From an uncultured Alphaproteobacteria bacterium (GTDB lineage: Bacteria; Pseudomonadota; Alphaproteobacteria; JAAXGF01), in NCBI GenBank assembly GCA_964531525.1, contig CAZHDF010000002.1, positions 9,228 to 54,926 on the forward strand: a DNA stretch of 45,699 nucleotides, in the 5' to 3' direction. Both the position numbers and the translations under genes were made by a program. A model generated the notes under the pieces. It ran no database searches, was not told the DNA's origin, and saw nothing but the letters and a program-made list of their open reading frames with translations. Shown piece after piece: positions 8,930 through 23,043 of this stretch (the stretch's first letter is position 1; the number at the start of each line of letters is the position of its first letter).

Positions 8930-11236
8930 TCAGAACCTCGTGCCGAATGTGAAACGGATCGTTTCGGTGTCGTCGAAATTTTCCTTGAGGAAGGGAATCG
9001 CGAAATCGATATTGATCGGGCCGAAGGGCGAAACGTAGGAGATGCCGAAACCGCCCGCCGCGCGCAACGACGCCTCGTCGAGAATTCCGGCGCCGGTTTC
9101 ATCCAGCCCGGTGAGCGTGCCGGCGTCGATGAAGGTCCGGCCGGTCACGTCGAACTCGGCGGGAAAGCCGAGCGGGAACGAAAGCTGCACGCTCGCGGTG
9201 GCGAAGGTGTTGCCTCCGAGCGCATCATTGGTCGCCGCGTCGCGCGGGCCGATGCCGGCGGTGTTGAAGCCACGCAGGCGCGTGCCGCCGATGAAGAAGC
9301 GGTCGTTCAAGCGCACGTCCTTGCCGAACAGGCCGACGATATTCCCGACATTGCCCGAGACGCTGCCGATCCACTTGGGCGAGAAGGGGTAATAATAGCG
9401 CCCCGTCAACACGTTGCGGAGATAGCGGACATTGCCGCCGAGACCGGCGATGTCCTGCTTGAGCTGAACGATATAGCCCTCGGTAGGCTTGATGGTGCTA
9501 TCGCGCTTGTCGAGGGAGATCGTCTGGCCGATGGACGAGGTAGTGTTCGACCCTTCCTGCGCCTTGATGAAGATCGACGCCGAGTCGTCGACATTGGTGA
9601 TCTTGTCGCGACGCGCGCTGTAGCGAACCGAATGGCGGATCGTGTCCGTGACCGGATACCCCGCGCGCAGCACGAAGCCGAGCGAATCCCGATCGAAGGT
9701 TCCCTGGTCGGTCACGTCGACCTTGCGCCGGAAAACGTCGAATCCGGCGGCGACCTCGCGATCGAGGAAATAGGGTTCGGTGAAGCTGAGGTCGACCTGC
9801 TGGCGCCGGCCCGAGATCGAGAACGACAGCTTGAGGTCCTGACCGCGCCCGAGGAGGTTACGCTCGCGCATCGAAACGTCGGCCACCGGCCCTTCGAGCG
9901 ACGACAGCCCGACGCCGAACGTCAACTCGCCGGTCGATTGCTCGGAGACATCGACGTCGATGATCGCCTTGTCGGGGGCCGAACCCTCGCGGGTTTTGAT
10001 ATCGACCTTGTCGAAGAAGCCGAGGTTGCGGATCCGTTGTTCGGAGCGACGCAGCTTCGCGGTATTGAACGCGTCGCCCTCGACCAGCCGGAACTCGCGA
10101 CGGATGACTTCGTCGAGGGTTCGGAAATTGCCGTTGATGTTGATCCGCTCGACGAAAACGCGCGGCCCCTCGCCGATCTGATAGGTCAGGTTGACGATCA
10201 GATTCTTGCGGTCGCGGTCGACCTTCGGGCGAACGTCGACGAAAGCGTAGCCTTGGCTGCCGATCGAATCGGTCAGCTTCTGGATCGTTTTCTCGACCTT
10301 CTGGGCGTCGTACCACTCGCCCTTCACCGTCGTGATCTTGTCCTTGAGCGCGGCCACGTCGAGATCGCGGAGCTTGCTCTCGATTTCGACGTCGCCGAGA
10401 CGATAGCGCTTGCCTTCGTCGACGGTGAAGGTGATGAAGAAGCCGGACCGGTCGCGCGTCAGCTCGGCGACCGCCGAGATGACCCGGAAATCGACATAGC
10501 CGCGCGACAGGTAGAAACGGCGCAGAAGCTCGCGGTCGAAGGTCAGCCGGTCGGGATCGTAGGTATCGTCGGTGGTGAGAAAGCGGTACCAGCGCGATTC
10601 CTTGGTCGCGATCTTGTCGCGCAGGGTGCTGTCGCTGAAGCGCTTGTTGCCGATGAAGTTGATGCGCTTGATCTTGGTGAGCGGCCCCTCGTTGATCTCG
10701 AACGCGAGATCGACGCGATTTTGGGGAAGCTGGATGACCTTGGGCTCGACGGTCGCGGCGAAGCGGCCCGATCGGCGATAGATCGACAGAATCCGCGCAA
10801 CGTCGTTCTGAACCTTGGTCCGGGTGTAGACCACGCGCGGGCGAAGCTGCACCTCGGCGGTGAGCGCCTCGTCGCTGATTCGCCGGTTCCCCTCGAAGGC
10901 GATGCGGTTGATGATCGGGTTCTCGATGACCGAGACGATCAGAACGCTGTTCTTTCGGGTGATCTTCACGTCGGCGAACAGGCCGGTCGCGAACAGGGCC
11001 TTGAGCGCGCGGTTCACCCGCTCGGCGCTGAACCGATCGCCGACCGAGATCGTCATGTAGGACCGGATGGTCTCGGCCTCGATGCGCTGGTTGCCCTCGA
11101 CCCGGATCTCGGTGATGACCGGCTGGCTCGACTGGGCCTGCGCGGGCGCGGCGCCGGAAAACCCGCCCGGAACGGCGCCGACCACGCCGACGAGCACGAT
11201 GGCGAGCGTCCCGAGGACTTGAGCAAAACGCGCCAA
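8930..11236 (-). CDS. bamA: outer membrane protein assembly factor BamA
   Basis: 768 aa with a signal peptide, POTRA-type N-terminal repeats (ITEIRVEGNQRI...) and a C-terminal beta-barrel ending ...IRFTFGTRF. The start codon is TTG (11234-11236), preceded by GAGGG. Confidence 0.95.
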   Translation of the reverse strand: MARFAQVLGTLAIVLVGVVGAVPGGFSGAAPAQAQSSQPVITEIRVEGNQRIEAETIRSYMTISVGDRFSAERVNRALKALFATGLFADVKITRKNSVLIVSVIENPIINRIAFEGNRRISDEALTAEVQLRPRVVYTRTKVQNDVARILSIYRRSGRFAATVEPKVIQLPQNRVDLAFEINEGPLTKIKRINFIGNKRFSDSTLRDKIATKESRWYRFLTTDDTYDPDRLTFDRELLRRFYLSRGYVDFRVISAVAELTRDRSGFFITFTVDEGKRYRLGDVEIESKLRDLDVAALKDKITTVKGEWYDAQKVEKTIQKLTDSIGSQGYAFVDVRPKVDRDRKNLIVNLTYQIGEGPRVFVERININGNFRTLDEVIRREFRLVEGDAFNTAKLRRSEQRIRNLGFFDKVDIKTREGSAPDKAIIDVDVSEQSTGELTFGVGLSSLEGPVADVSMRERNLLGRGQDLKLSFSISGRRQQVDLSFTEPYFLDREVAAGFDVFRRKVDVTDQGTFDRDSLGFVLRAGYPVTDTIRHSVRYSARRDKITNVDDSASIFIKAQEGSNTTSSIGQTISLDKRDSTIKPTEGYIVQLKQDIAGLGGNVRYLRNVLTGRYYYPFSPKWIGSVSGNVGNIVGLFGKDVRLNDRFFIGGTRLRGFNTAGIGPRDAATNDALGGNTFATASVQLSFPLGFPAEFDVTGRTFIDAGTLTGLDETGAGILDEASLRAAGGFGISYVSPFGPINIDFAIPFLKENFDDTETIRFTFGTRF

Positions 11237-11260
11237 CTCGCCCTCGCTCGCCCGCGGGCC

Positions 11261-12409
11261 CTAGGAGAACAGGCCGACGAAGAAGTCGACCACCTTGAGA
11301 TGAACGAGATCGTTCCAGGTGGCGAAGACCATCAACGAGAGAAGAAGGGCGATGCCGATCCGGAAGCCGTAGTCCTGCGCGCGTTCGCCCAGCGGGCGGC
11401 CGCGGATCGCCTCGAACACGTAGAACAGGAGATGGCCGCCGTCGAGCAGCGGCACGGGCATGAGGTTGATCAGGCCGAGGTTGATCGACAGAACGGCCAT
11501 GAACCAGAAGATGGTGACGAAGCCGTCCTGGGCGACTTGGCCCGCGACCTGGGCGATGCGGATCGGCCCGCCGAGATCGTCGCTCGACCGGGTGCCGGCG
11601 ATCATCTGGGCGATCGCGTCGACCGTCCCCGCCGTGAGATTGTAGGTCTCGGCGACCGCCGCCCCGATCGCGGCGACCGGGTTGAGCCGCACGTAAACCA
11701 CCCCGGTGCGCCCGACGCCGAGCTCGCCGAACTGAAGAACGTTGCCGAAGCGGTCGGTCCGCTCGACCAGACGGGGCGTGACGACGAGCGTGACCTCGTT
11801 TTCGCCGCGCTTCACCACCATGGTCAGCGCCACTCCGGCGCTGTCGCGCACGATCTGCTGCAACTCCTCGAAGCGGCTGATCGGCTTGCCGTCGATGCTG
11901 AGGATCACGTCGCCGGGCTGGAACCCCGCCGCCGCGGCGGCGCTGTCCGGCTTGACCATGCTGATATCGGGCGGGGTGATGCGCTGTCCGACGGTGGCGA
12001 ACAGCACCCCGAGAATCACGATTGCGAGCAGGAAGTTGGCGAACGGCCCCGCGAACACGATCGCGGCGCGCTGGGAAAGCCGCTTGTGATGGAAGGAGAC
12101 CGCGCGCTCCGCCTCGCTCAAGCTGGGAACGTCCTCGCCGGGGGTACTCGCCGCGTTGGCGTCGCCGAAGAAGCGCACATAGCCGCCGAGCGGCAGAAGG
12201 GCCACCTTCCAGCGCGTGCCGTGGCGATCGTTCCAGCCGAACAGCTCGGGGCCGAAACCGATCGAGAACACCTCGATGCGCACCTTGTTCCAGCGCGCGA
12301 CCAGGAAATGGCCCATTTCATGGACGAAGACGATAACGCCCAGAATGAAAAGGAAGGAAACCACGGCGCGGGCGCCGAGGTCGGCCCAAAGGGTGCCCAG
12401 AAGATCCAT
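11261..12409 (-). CDS. rseP: RIP zinc metalloprotease RseP (site-2 protease)
   Basis: 382 aa. HEMGHF zinc motif in the first TM segment, a PDZ-like middle region, and a C-terminal LNLMPVPLLDGG motif. Confidence 0.93.
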   Translation of the reverse strand: MDLLGTLWADLGARAVVSFLFILGVIVFVHEMGHFLVARWNKVRIEVFSIGFGPELFGWNDRHGTRWKVALLPLGGYVRFFGDANAASTPGEDVPSLSEAERAVSFHHKRLSQRAAIVFAGPFANFLLAIVILGVLFATVGQRITPPDISMVKPDSAAAAAGFQPGDVILSIDGKPISRFEELQQIVRDSAGVALTMVVKRGENEVTLVVTPRLVERTDRFGNVLQFGELGVGRTGVVYVRLNPVAAIGAAVAETYNLTAGTVDAIAQMIAGTRSSDDLGGPIRIAQVAGQVAQDGFVTIFWFMAVLSINLGLINLMPVPLLDGGHLLFYVFEAIRGRPLGERAQDYGFRIGIALLLSLMVFATWNDLVHLKVVDFFVGLFS

Positions 12410-12412
12410 CGT

Positions 12413-13633
12413 CTAGGCGACCCCGGCCCGCCGGCAGGCGTCGCGCCCGCCGCGCAGCAAGGTCGCCGCGACCGCGCGCGCCTCGGCGTCGGTCGCGTCC
12501 ACGTCGTCCAGCGACGTCAAGGGCGCCGAAGGCACCCGTTCGAGCGTTCGTTCAACAATCCGCACGATGTCTAGAAAACCGATCTTGCCTGCCAGGAACC
12601 CGTGAACGGCGATCTCGTTCGCCGCATTGAGGATTGTAGGCGCGCCGCCGCCGGTTTTCAATGCCTGGCGGGCGAGGCGCAGGCTCGGGAAGCGCGTCTC
12701 GTCCGGCGTTTCGAAGGAGAGCGTGCCGATTTCGGCGAGATCGAGCCGCGGCGCCGGGGTGCGGATTCGCTTGGGCCAGCCCAGGGTATAGGCGATCGGC
12801 GTGCGCATGTCGGGGGGGCCGAGCTGGGCGAGGACCGAGCCGTCGACATAGGCGACCAGGCTGTGAACGATCGATTGCGGGTGGATCACGATCTCGATCC
12901 GCTCGCCGGGCAGGGCGAAAAGATGATGGGCCTCGATCAGCTCGAGCCCCTTGTTCATCATGGTCGCCGAATCGACCGAGATCTTCCGCCCCATGGTCCA
13001 ATTGGGATGGGCGACCGCCTGATCGGGGGTGACGCCGGCCATGGCCTCGGGGTCGAGTTCGCGGAACGGTCCGCCCGAGGCGGTCAGGATGATCCGATCG
13101 ATCATCTCGCGGCGGTCGAAGTCGAAAACCTGGAAAATCGCGTTGTGTTCTGAATCGACGGGGAGAATCGTCGCCCCGCTCGCCGCGACCTCGGCGGTCA
13201 TCAGCGCGCCGGCGCAAACCAGCGCCTCCTTGTTGGCGAGCGCGACGATCACGCCCCGGCGCACGGCGGCAAGCGTCGGCGCGAGCCCGGCCGCGCCGAC
13301 GATCGCGGCCATGACCCAGTCGGCCGGCCGGTCGGCGGCCTCGATCAAGGCGTCCTGCCCCGCCGCGACCGCGATGCCGGTGCCCGCCAGCGCCTCCTTG
13401 AGGGCGCCGTAAAGGGCGGGCTCGGCGATCACGGCGACCCCGGGGCGCAGGCGTCGCGCCTGGGCGGCGAGCCGCTCGACATTGCCGCGCGCGGTCAGCG
13501 CCACGATCTCGTAGGCCTCGGGGTTGCGCTCGATCAGGTCGATCGTGTTGCCGCCGACCGATCCGGTCGATCCCAGGATGGTGACGCGCCGGGGCGCGGC
13601 GGCGGGGGCCGTCGGGGCGATCGCCTCTACCAT
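12413..13633 (-). CDS. dxr: 1-deoxy-D-xylulose 5-phosphate reductoisomerase
   Basis: 406 aa. NADPH-binding ILGSTGSVG, plus LANKEALV, PVDSEHNAIFQ and HPNW-MG motifs. Confidence 0.96.
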   Translation of the reverse strand: MVEAIAPTAPAAAPRRVTILGSTGSVGGNTIDLIERNPEAYEIVALTARGNVERLAAQARRLRPGVAVIAEPALYGALKEALAGTGIAVAAGQDALIEAADRPADWVMAAIVGAAGLAPTLAAVRRGVIVALANKEALVCAGALMTAEVAASGATILPVDSEHNAIFQVFDFDRREMIDRIILTASGGPFRELDPEAMAGVTPDQAVAHPNWTMGRKISVDSATMMNKGLELIEAHHLFALPGERIEIVIHPQSIVHSLVAYVDGSVLAQLGPPDMRTPIAYTLGWPKRIRTPAPRLDLAEIGTLSFETPDETRFPSLRLARQALKTGGGAPTILNAANEIAVHGFLAGKIGFLDIVRIVERTLERVPSAPLTSLDDVDATDAEARAVAATLLRGGRDACRRAGVA

Positions 13634-14460
13634 CGCAACCCGCCTCCGTCGAGCGCGACCGCCACCAGCGCAAGCGCCGGCGCGGCCGCCATCATCCCGT
13701 CCAGCCGGTCGAGAACCCCGCCGTGGCCGGGAATGAGGCTGCCGCTGTCCTTTTTACCGAAGCGCCTTTTAATCATCGATTCCCACAAATCCCCGGCTTG
13801 GGAGATCAGCCCGAGAAACCCGCCGAACAGCGCCAGCGGCGGCGATACGGGGATGTCGAAAAGCAAAGCGAGCACCACCCCCGCCCCGGCCGCCGCGAGA
13901 ACGCCGCCGACGAGCCCCGCCCAGGTCTTGTTGGGGCTGATCCGGGGCGCGAGGCGCGGCCCGCCGATCAGCCGCCCCGCGGCATAGGCGCCGATATCGG
14001 TCGCCCAGACCACCGCGAAGAGCCAGAAGATCGTCTCGCGGCCGTGCCCGGGCGCGGCGCGCAACCAGACGATGGCGATGCAGGGTAGCGCGATATAAAC
14101 GACGCCCAACGCCCACCAGGACGGTCGCGCCCGCCCGATCCGCGCCGCGAGCGCGGCGGTGACGAGCGCCGGCAGGACCGAGGCCAGCGCGATCTCGATC
14201 CGGCCGGCGACCGCGAACAGGACGGGAACGGCGGCGGCGGCGACGAAACCCGCGCGCGCGGACGGCGAGCCGGTCTCACCTTCCCGGCTGAATCCTTGCC
14301 ATTCCAGCGCCATCACGGCCGCGAGCGTGGCGATGAACAGGCCAAAGGCGACGCCGCCGACATAAGCGAGCCCGATCGCCGCCGGCGCCATCACGAGCGC
14401 CGAGGCGACGCGGGGGCCCAGCCCGCCGACGCGCCGGCGCTCAATCACTCGATGCGCCAT
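13627..14460 (-). CDS. cdsA: phosphatidate cytidylyltransferase
   Basis: 277 aa polytopic membrane protein. C-terminal CdsA signature [27 protein letters not shown]. Confidence 0.93.
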   Translation of the reverse strand: MAHRVIERRRVGGLGPRVASALVMAPAAIGLAYVGGVAFGLFIATLAAVMALEWQGFSREGETGSPSARAGFVAAAAVPVLFAVAGRIEIALASVLPALVTAALAARIGRARPSWWALGVVYIALPCIAIVWLRAAPGHGRETIFWLFAVVWATDIGAYAAGRLIGGPRLAPRISPNKTWAGLVGGVLAAAGAGVVLALLFDIPVSPPLALFGGFLGLISQAGDLWESMIKRRFGKKDSGSLIPGHGGVLDRLDGMMAAAPALALVAVALDGGGLRW

Positions 14461-15175
14461 AGCGTCGCTCTCGGCGGTGAAATTCGCTGATCGCCGCTTC
14501 CAAATGGTCGCGCGTGAATTCGGGCCACATCACGGGCGTGAACACGAGCTCGGTATAGGCGGTCTGCCAGAGAAGGAAATTGCTGAGCCTCTGCTCGCCG
14601 CTGGTCCGGATCAAAAGGTCCGGGTCGGGAATGTCGGTAGTGAACAGGCGCGCGGCGAACAGCGCCTCGTCGATGTCGTCGGCGGCGATTTCGCCCGCTT
14701 CGACCGCCTTTGCGAGCCGCCGCGCCGCCTCGACGATTTCGCCGCGTCCGCCGTAGTTGAGCGCCACGACGAGCGTCAGCGCGCTGTTGTCGCGGGTCGT
14801 CCGCTCGGCTTCGTCGACGAGCGCGATGATGTCGTCGGGAAGTCGCTCGCGATCACCGATAAAACGCATGCGAATGGAAGCCTCGGCCAGTTTCCTGAGC
14901 TCGCGTCTCAAATATATCCGCAAAAGGCCCATGAGATCGTCGATCTCGCTGATCGGGCGCTTCCAGTTCTCCGACGAAAAGGCGTAGAGCGTGAGATATC
15001 CCACGCCGAGCTCGCGGCAATGGGTGACGGTCTCGCGGACGACCTCGGCGCCCTGCTGGTGACCGGCGATGCGCGGCAGGCCCCGCGCCTTGGCCCAACG
15101 GCCGTTGCCGTCCATGATGATCGCCACATGGGCCGGCGGCGGCGGTTTCGACCCGAGCGATAAGGCGGCCTCCAT
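14441..15175 (-). CDS. uppS: di-trans,poly-cis-undecaprenyl-diphosphate synthase
   Basis: 244 aa. [13 protein letters not shown] and [14 protein letters not shown], the cis-prenyltransferase motifs. Confidence 0.96.
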   Translation of the reverse strand: MEAALSLGSKPPPPAHVAIIMDGNGRWAKARGLPRIAGHQQGAEVVRETVTHCRELGVGYLTLYAFSSENWKRPISEIDDLMGLLRIYLRRELRKLAEASIRMRFIGDRERLPDDIIALVDEAERTTRDNSALTLVVALNYGGRGEIVEAARRLAKAVEAGEIAADDIDEALFAARLFTTDIPDPDLLIRTSGEQRLSNFLLWQTAYTELVFTPVMWPEFTRDHLEAAISEFHRRERRYGASSD

Positions 15176-15178
15176 GGC

Positions 15179-15736
15179 TCAGACCTGCATGATTTCCTGT
15201 TGCTTGGTCTCGAGCATCTCGTCGATCTGCTTGATATGCTCGTCGGTGACTTTCTGGATGTCGTCGCCCCAGAGGCGGTGCTCGTCCTCGGAGATTTCGC
15301 CCGCCTTCTCCATCCGCTTCAGCTTGTCCATGCCATCGCGGCGCACGTTGCGGACGGCGACCTTGGCCTGTTCGGCGTATTTCGCGGCGACCCGGGTCAG
15401 CTCCTCGCGCCGTTCCTCGTTGAGTTCGGGAATCGGCACGCGCACGAGCTGTCCATCGATCATGGGGTTGAGTCCGAGACCCGCGTCGCGGATCGCCTTC
15501 TCGACCACCTTGACCATGGACTTGTCCCAGACCTGGGCGGTGAGCATGCGCGGCTCGGGCACGCCGATGGTCGCCACCTGGTTGATCGGCATCTGGGTGC
15601 CGTAGGCGTCGACGGTCACGGGATCGAGCAGGCTCGGCGAGGCGCGGCCGGTGCGCAGTCCCGCAAGCTCCTTGCGCAGAACCTCGATAGCGCCGTTCAT
15701 GCGGCGAGTCAGGTCATCGATATCCGGATCAGCCAC
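15179..15736 (-). CDS. frr: ribosome recycling factor
   Basis: 185 aa. [18 protein letters not shown] and the [12 protein letters not shown]-type motif ([12 protein letters not shown]). Confidence 0.96.
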   Translation of the reverse strand: MADPDIDDLTRRMNGAIEVLRKELAGLRTGRASPSLLDPVTVDAYGTQMPINQVATIGVPEPRMLTAQVWDKSMVKVVEKAIRDAGLGLNPMIDGQLVRVPIPELNEERREELTRVAAKYAEQAKVAVRNVRRDGMDKLKRMEKAGEISEDEHRLWGDDIQKVTDEHIKQIDEMLETKQQEIMQV

Positions 15737-16487
15737 GGTTCACTCCCCTTTTTTTGGGCGGCGCGGTGTCATGGGTGATGATCGTCGATCGCCCCCGGCC
15801 GCAAACCACCTCGGCGAAGCCGCCGTTGTCGAAAATCGAGAATACCAGAATGGGGATATCGTTTTCACGCGCAAGGGAGATCGCCGAGGCGTCCATCACC
15901 TTGAGATCGCGCGACAACACGTCGATATAGGCGAGGCGTTCATAACGCTCGGCGCCCCGATCCTTGACCGGATCGGCCGAGTAGACGCCGTCGACCTTGG
16001 TCGCCTTGAGGAGCGCGTCGCAGCGCATTTCGACCGCGCGCAGCGCCGCCGCCGTGTCGGTGGTGAAAAACGGGTTGCCGGTGCCGGCGGCGAACACGAC
16101 GACGCGCTTCTTTTCGAGATGCCGCTCGGCGCGGCGGCGGATGAAGGGTTCGCACACCGTGTCCATCGGGATCGCCGACTGAACCCGAGTGTGGATGCCG
16201 ACCGCCTCGAGCGCGGTCTGAATGGCGAGCGCGTTGATAACGGTGGCGAGCATGCCGATATGGTCGGCGGTCGCGCGTTCCATCCCCTTGGCGGCGCCCG
16301 AGACGCCGCGGAAAATGTTGCCGCCGCCGACGACGACGCAGATTTCGACGCCGAGTTCATGGACCGCGAGCACCTGGCGCGCGATTTGGGCGACGGTTTC
16401 GGGATCGAGGCCATAGCCTCGATCGCCCATCAGCGCTTCGCCGGAAAGCTTGAGCAGCACACGGCGATAGACAGGATTTGACGGCAT
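15729..16487 (-). CDS. pyrH: UMP kinase
   Basis: ORF 15729..16529 begins at a TTG. I trimmed it to ATG 16485-16487 ([19 protein letters not shown]). Contains [10 protein letters not shown] and the amino acid kinase fold. The start is uncertain by 14 codons. Confidence 0.9.
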   Translation of the reverse strand: MPSNPVYRRVLLKLSGEALMGDRGYGLDPETVAQIARQVLAVHELGVEICVVVGGGNIFRGVSGAAKGMERATADHIGMLATVINALAIQTALEAVGIHTRVQSAIPMDTVCEPFIRRRAERHLEKKRVVVFAAGTGNPFFTTDTAAALRAVEMRCDALLKATKVDGVYSADPVKDRGAERYERLAYIDVLSRDLKVMDASAISLARENDIPILVFSIFDNGGFAEVVCGRGRSTIITHDTAPPKKRGVNRG

Positions 16488-16629
16488 GACGGTCCCAGAC
16501 GATGCGATCCCGCGCGCGGTCGTCTTCAACGGTGCGATCGGCGCGCGCGGGGCGCAAGAATACTACATCGCCGGGCCGGCCGCATCCGCTTTGCGGCCGC
16601 CGCGCTTAGCGCGTGATTCACTTGAACCG

Positions 16630-16666
16630 AATCGGCGCCGGCCCGCTCCCCCGCCTGGCGCCGATT
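16630..16666 (-). terminator. 10-bp perfect inverted repeat just downstream of tsf (candidate terminator/attenuator between tsf and pyrH)
   Basis: AATCGGCGCC (16630-16639) pairs with GGCGCCGATT (16657-16666) around a 17-nt C-rich loop. It lies 14 nt after the tsf stop. There is no clear U-tract. Confidence 0.3.
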
Positions 16667-16680
16667 GAACGGATCATGCT

Positions 16681-17607
16681 TCAGCCCGCGATTTGCGAGG
16701 CGACCTCGGCGGCGAAATCGGTTTCGGCCTTTTCGATCCCCTCGCCGAGCGCGAAGCGACGGAAGCCGGCGACGCTTACCGGCGCGCCGACATCGGCGGC
16801 GGCGTCCTCGAGAACCTTGGAGATGCGGGTCTTGCCGTCGATCACCGAGACCTGCTCGAGAAGCACGACCTCCTGATAGAACTTGCGCAGCCGGCCCTCG
16901 ACCATCTTCTCGATCACCGCGTCGGGCTTGCCCGAGGCGCGCGCCTGATCGACGAGCACCTTTCGCTCGCGCTCGACCGCCGCCGGATCGATCTCGTCGA
17001 CGGTCAGGGCCTCGGGACGGGCGGCGGCGACATGCATGGCGATCTGCTTGCCGAGAGCGGCGAGCTTTTCGGCATCTCCCGTCGACGACAGCGCCACCAG
17101 CACGCCGATGCGCCCCAGGCCGGGCGCGATCTGGCCGTGCATGTAGCTCGCGACGACGCCGTTCTCGACCGACAGCGCGGCCGTGCGGCGAAGCTGGATG
17201 TTCTCGCCGATGGTCGCGACCAGCTCGGTCAAACGCTCGCCGACGTTCATGCCGGCGCCCGGATAGGGCGCATCGCGCAGCGCGGCGATATCGCCGCCGG
17301 TGTCCAGCGCGACCTCGGCCACGGTGCGCACCGCGTCCTGGAACGCCTCGTTGCGGGCGACGAAATCGGTTTCGGCGTTGATCTCGACCAGCGCCGCGCG
17401 AGTGCCGTCGGTCGCGATGCCGACCAAGCCGTCGCTGGCGACCCGGCCGGCCTTCTTGGCGGCGGCGGCGAGACCCTTCTTGCGCAGCCAGTCGACCGCG
17501 GCCTCGAGATCGCCCGAGGTTTCGATCAGCGCCTTCTTGCAGTCCATCATGCCCGCGCCAGTCTTGTCGCGTAGCTCTTTCACCTGGCGAGCGGAAATCT
17601 CGGCCAT
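16681..17607 (-). CDS. tsf: translation elongation factor Ts
   Basis: ORF 16681..17640 trimmed to ATG 17605-17607 ([27 protein letters not shown], the UBA-like EF-Ts N-terminus). GAGG lies 6 nt upstream. Confidence 0.95.
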   Translation of the reverse strand: MAEISARQVKELRDKTGAGMMDCKKALIETSGDLEAAVDWLRKKGLAAAAKKAGRVASDGLVGIATDGTRAALVEINAETDFVARNEAFQDAVRTVAEVALDTGGDIAALRDAPYPGAGMNVGERLTELVATIGENIQLRRTAALSVENGVVASYMHGQIAPGLGRIGVLVALSSTGDAEKLAALGKQIAMHVAAARPEALTVDEIDPAAVERERKVLVDQARASGKPDAVIEKMVEGRLRKFYQEVVLLEQVSVIDGKTRISKVLEDAAADVGAPVSVAGFRRFALGEGIEKAETDFAAEVASQIAG

Positions 17608-17642
17608 AATTACCTCGTTCGGTTCACGTATGCTTCGCACGA

Positions 17643-17665
17643 CCGGGCCGCGCGCGGCGGCCCGG
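17643..17665 (-). promoter_or_regulatory. strong GC hairpin in the rpsB-tsf intercistronic spacer
   Basis: CCGGGCCGC(17643-17651)/GCGGCCCGG(17657-17665), a 9 bp all-Watson-Crick stem with a 5-nt loop, in the 72-nt spacer. Confidence 0.35.
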
Positions 17666-17679
17666 CGGATGGCGCGGGC

Positions 17680-18666
17680 TCAGGCGCTCGCGCCGGCTTT
17701 CTCGCCTTCGCTCGCCTCGGCGGAGGGCTCGCTCGCCGGTGCCTCGGCTGGCGCCTCCTTGGCGGCATCCTCGGGAGCCGCTTCGGCGGGCGCGGCCTCG
17801 GGCTCGTCCTTTTCGGCTTCGGCCGGCGCCGTCCCGCCGTCGGCCTTTCCGGCCTCGGGCTTGGCTTCGATCTCCGCCTCGGGCTTGGCCTCCGCCTCGG
17901 CCGCCTTGTCCTCGGCCTCGGGAACGACCTCGGCCGGCGCGGCTTCCGCTGCGCCCACGTCGACGCCGGCGGCGTGCATCTCCTCCTGGATGCCGTCGAG
18001 GACGGCGCTGGAGATGAGCTGGCAATAAAGATTGATCGCCCGCAGCGCGTCGTCGTTGCCGGGGATCGGGTAGGTGATCGGATCGGGATCCGAGTTGCTG
18101 TCGATCACGGCGGCGATGGGAATTCCGAGCTTCACCGCCTCGGCGACCGCGATCGCTTCCTTGTTGGTGTCGATAATGAACAGGATGTCGGGCAACCCGC
18201 CCATGTCCTTGATGCCGCCGAGCGCGCGCTCGAGCCGGTCGCGCTCGCGGGTCAACCTGAGAAGTTCTTTCTTGGTCAGTCCGGTATGCTCCTCGGCGAG
18301 CTGCCCCTCGAGCTCGCGCAGGCGGCGGATCGAGACCGAGATCGTCTTCCAGTTGGTCAGCATGCCGCCGAGCCAGCGGTGATTGACGTAGAACTGCCCG
18401 CAGCGCTTGGCCGCCGCGGCGACCGGCTCGGCCGCTTGGCGCTTGGTGCCGACGAACAGAACCCGACCGCCGCCCGCGACCACGTCGCGCACGGTCTCGA
18501 GCGCCCGATAGAGCAGCGGCACCGTCTGCTGGAGATCGATGATATGGGAATCGTTGCGGACCCCGAACAAATAGGGGGCCATCTTCGGGTTCCAGCGCCG
18601 AGTCTGATGCCCGAAATGCACGCCGGCCTCAAGGAGCTGGCGCATGGTAAACGTCGGAAGAGCCAT
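17680..18666 (-). CDS. rpsB: 30S ribosomal protein S2 with a long acidic Ala/Glu/Pro-rich C-terminal extension
   Basis: ORF 17680..18774 trimmed to ATG 18664-18666 ([29 protein letters not shown]), with AGAGGA upstream. The core is about 230 aa, followed by a 98-aa low-complexity tail. Confidence 0.93.
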   Translation of the reverse strand: MALPTFTMRQLLEAGVHFGHQTRRWNPKMAPYLFGVRNDSHIIDLQQTVPLLYRALETVRDVVAGGGRVLFVGTKRQAAEPVAAAAKRCGQFYVNHRWLGGMLTNWKTISVSIRRLRELEGQLAEEHTGLTKKELLRLTRERDRLERALGGIKDMGGLPDILFIIDTNKEAIAVAEAVKLGIPIAAVIDSNSDPDPITYPIPGNDDALRAINLYCQLISSAVLDGIQEEMHAAGVDVGAAEAAPAEVVPEAEDKAAEAEAKPEAEIEAKPEAGKADGGTAPAEAEKDEPEAAPAEAAPEDAAKEAPAEAPASEPSAEASEGEKAGASA

Positions 18667-18880
18667 GATAGGACGTCCTCTTTTCCGGTTAGCCCGCCGC
18701 GGGGGCTGGACCGGCCATCGGCCGGCCACCGGATCGACGTCGGGATCTTCGCCCTTTCGGGCCCGCCGCCGCATCCCCGCGTGTGGATTTGGTGCCGGTT
18801 TTTAGCCTGTCCACCGCCGGACCGCAAGGTTTAACAGCCGGCGGAGAAAAACCATGATGTTATGACGGCTTTCGGGCGGA
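18667..18880 (-). promoter_or_regulatory. rpsB promoter/5' leader and dnaE 3' flank; contains a nested hairpin
   Basis: 214-nt non-coding gap. Nested inverted repeats: outer GGTTTTT(18797-18803)/AAAAACC(18847-18853), inner CCGCCGG(18814-18820)/CCGGCGG(18838-18844). Minus-strand promoter-like TTGCGG (18827-18822), 17 nt spacer, TAAAAA (18804-18799). Function inferred only. Confidence 0.3.

Positions 18881-23035
<4,155 letters not shown>

Positions 23036-23043
<8 letters not shown>

Noticed and set aside
8762-12574. 1270-aa plus-strand ORF antisense to skp, bamA and rseP
   Set aside because: It lies opposite three well-supported conserved genes. Its translation is low-information D/E/R/G/A/L/V-rich sequence with no motif. 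In GC-rich genomes strong GC3 bias removes stop codons from the antisense frame, so this is a shadow ORF.
12552-13673. 373-aa alternative-frame ORF inside dxr
   Set aside because: Arg/Gly/Pro-rich off-frame read. The dxr frame carries all conserved motifs.
18843-18865. Plus-strand mini-ORF ATG-ATG-TTA-TGA preceded by GGAGA, in the dnaE/rpsB spacer
   Set aside because: Three codons, no downstream plus-strand gene to regulate, and it sits inside the hairpin arm. Most likely coincidental.
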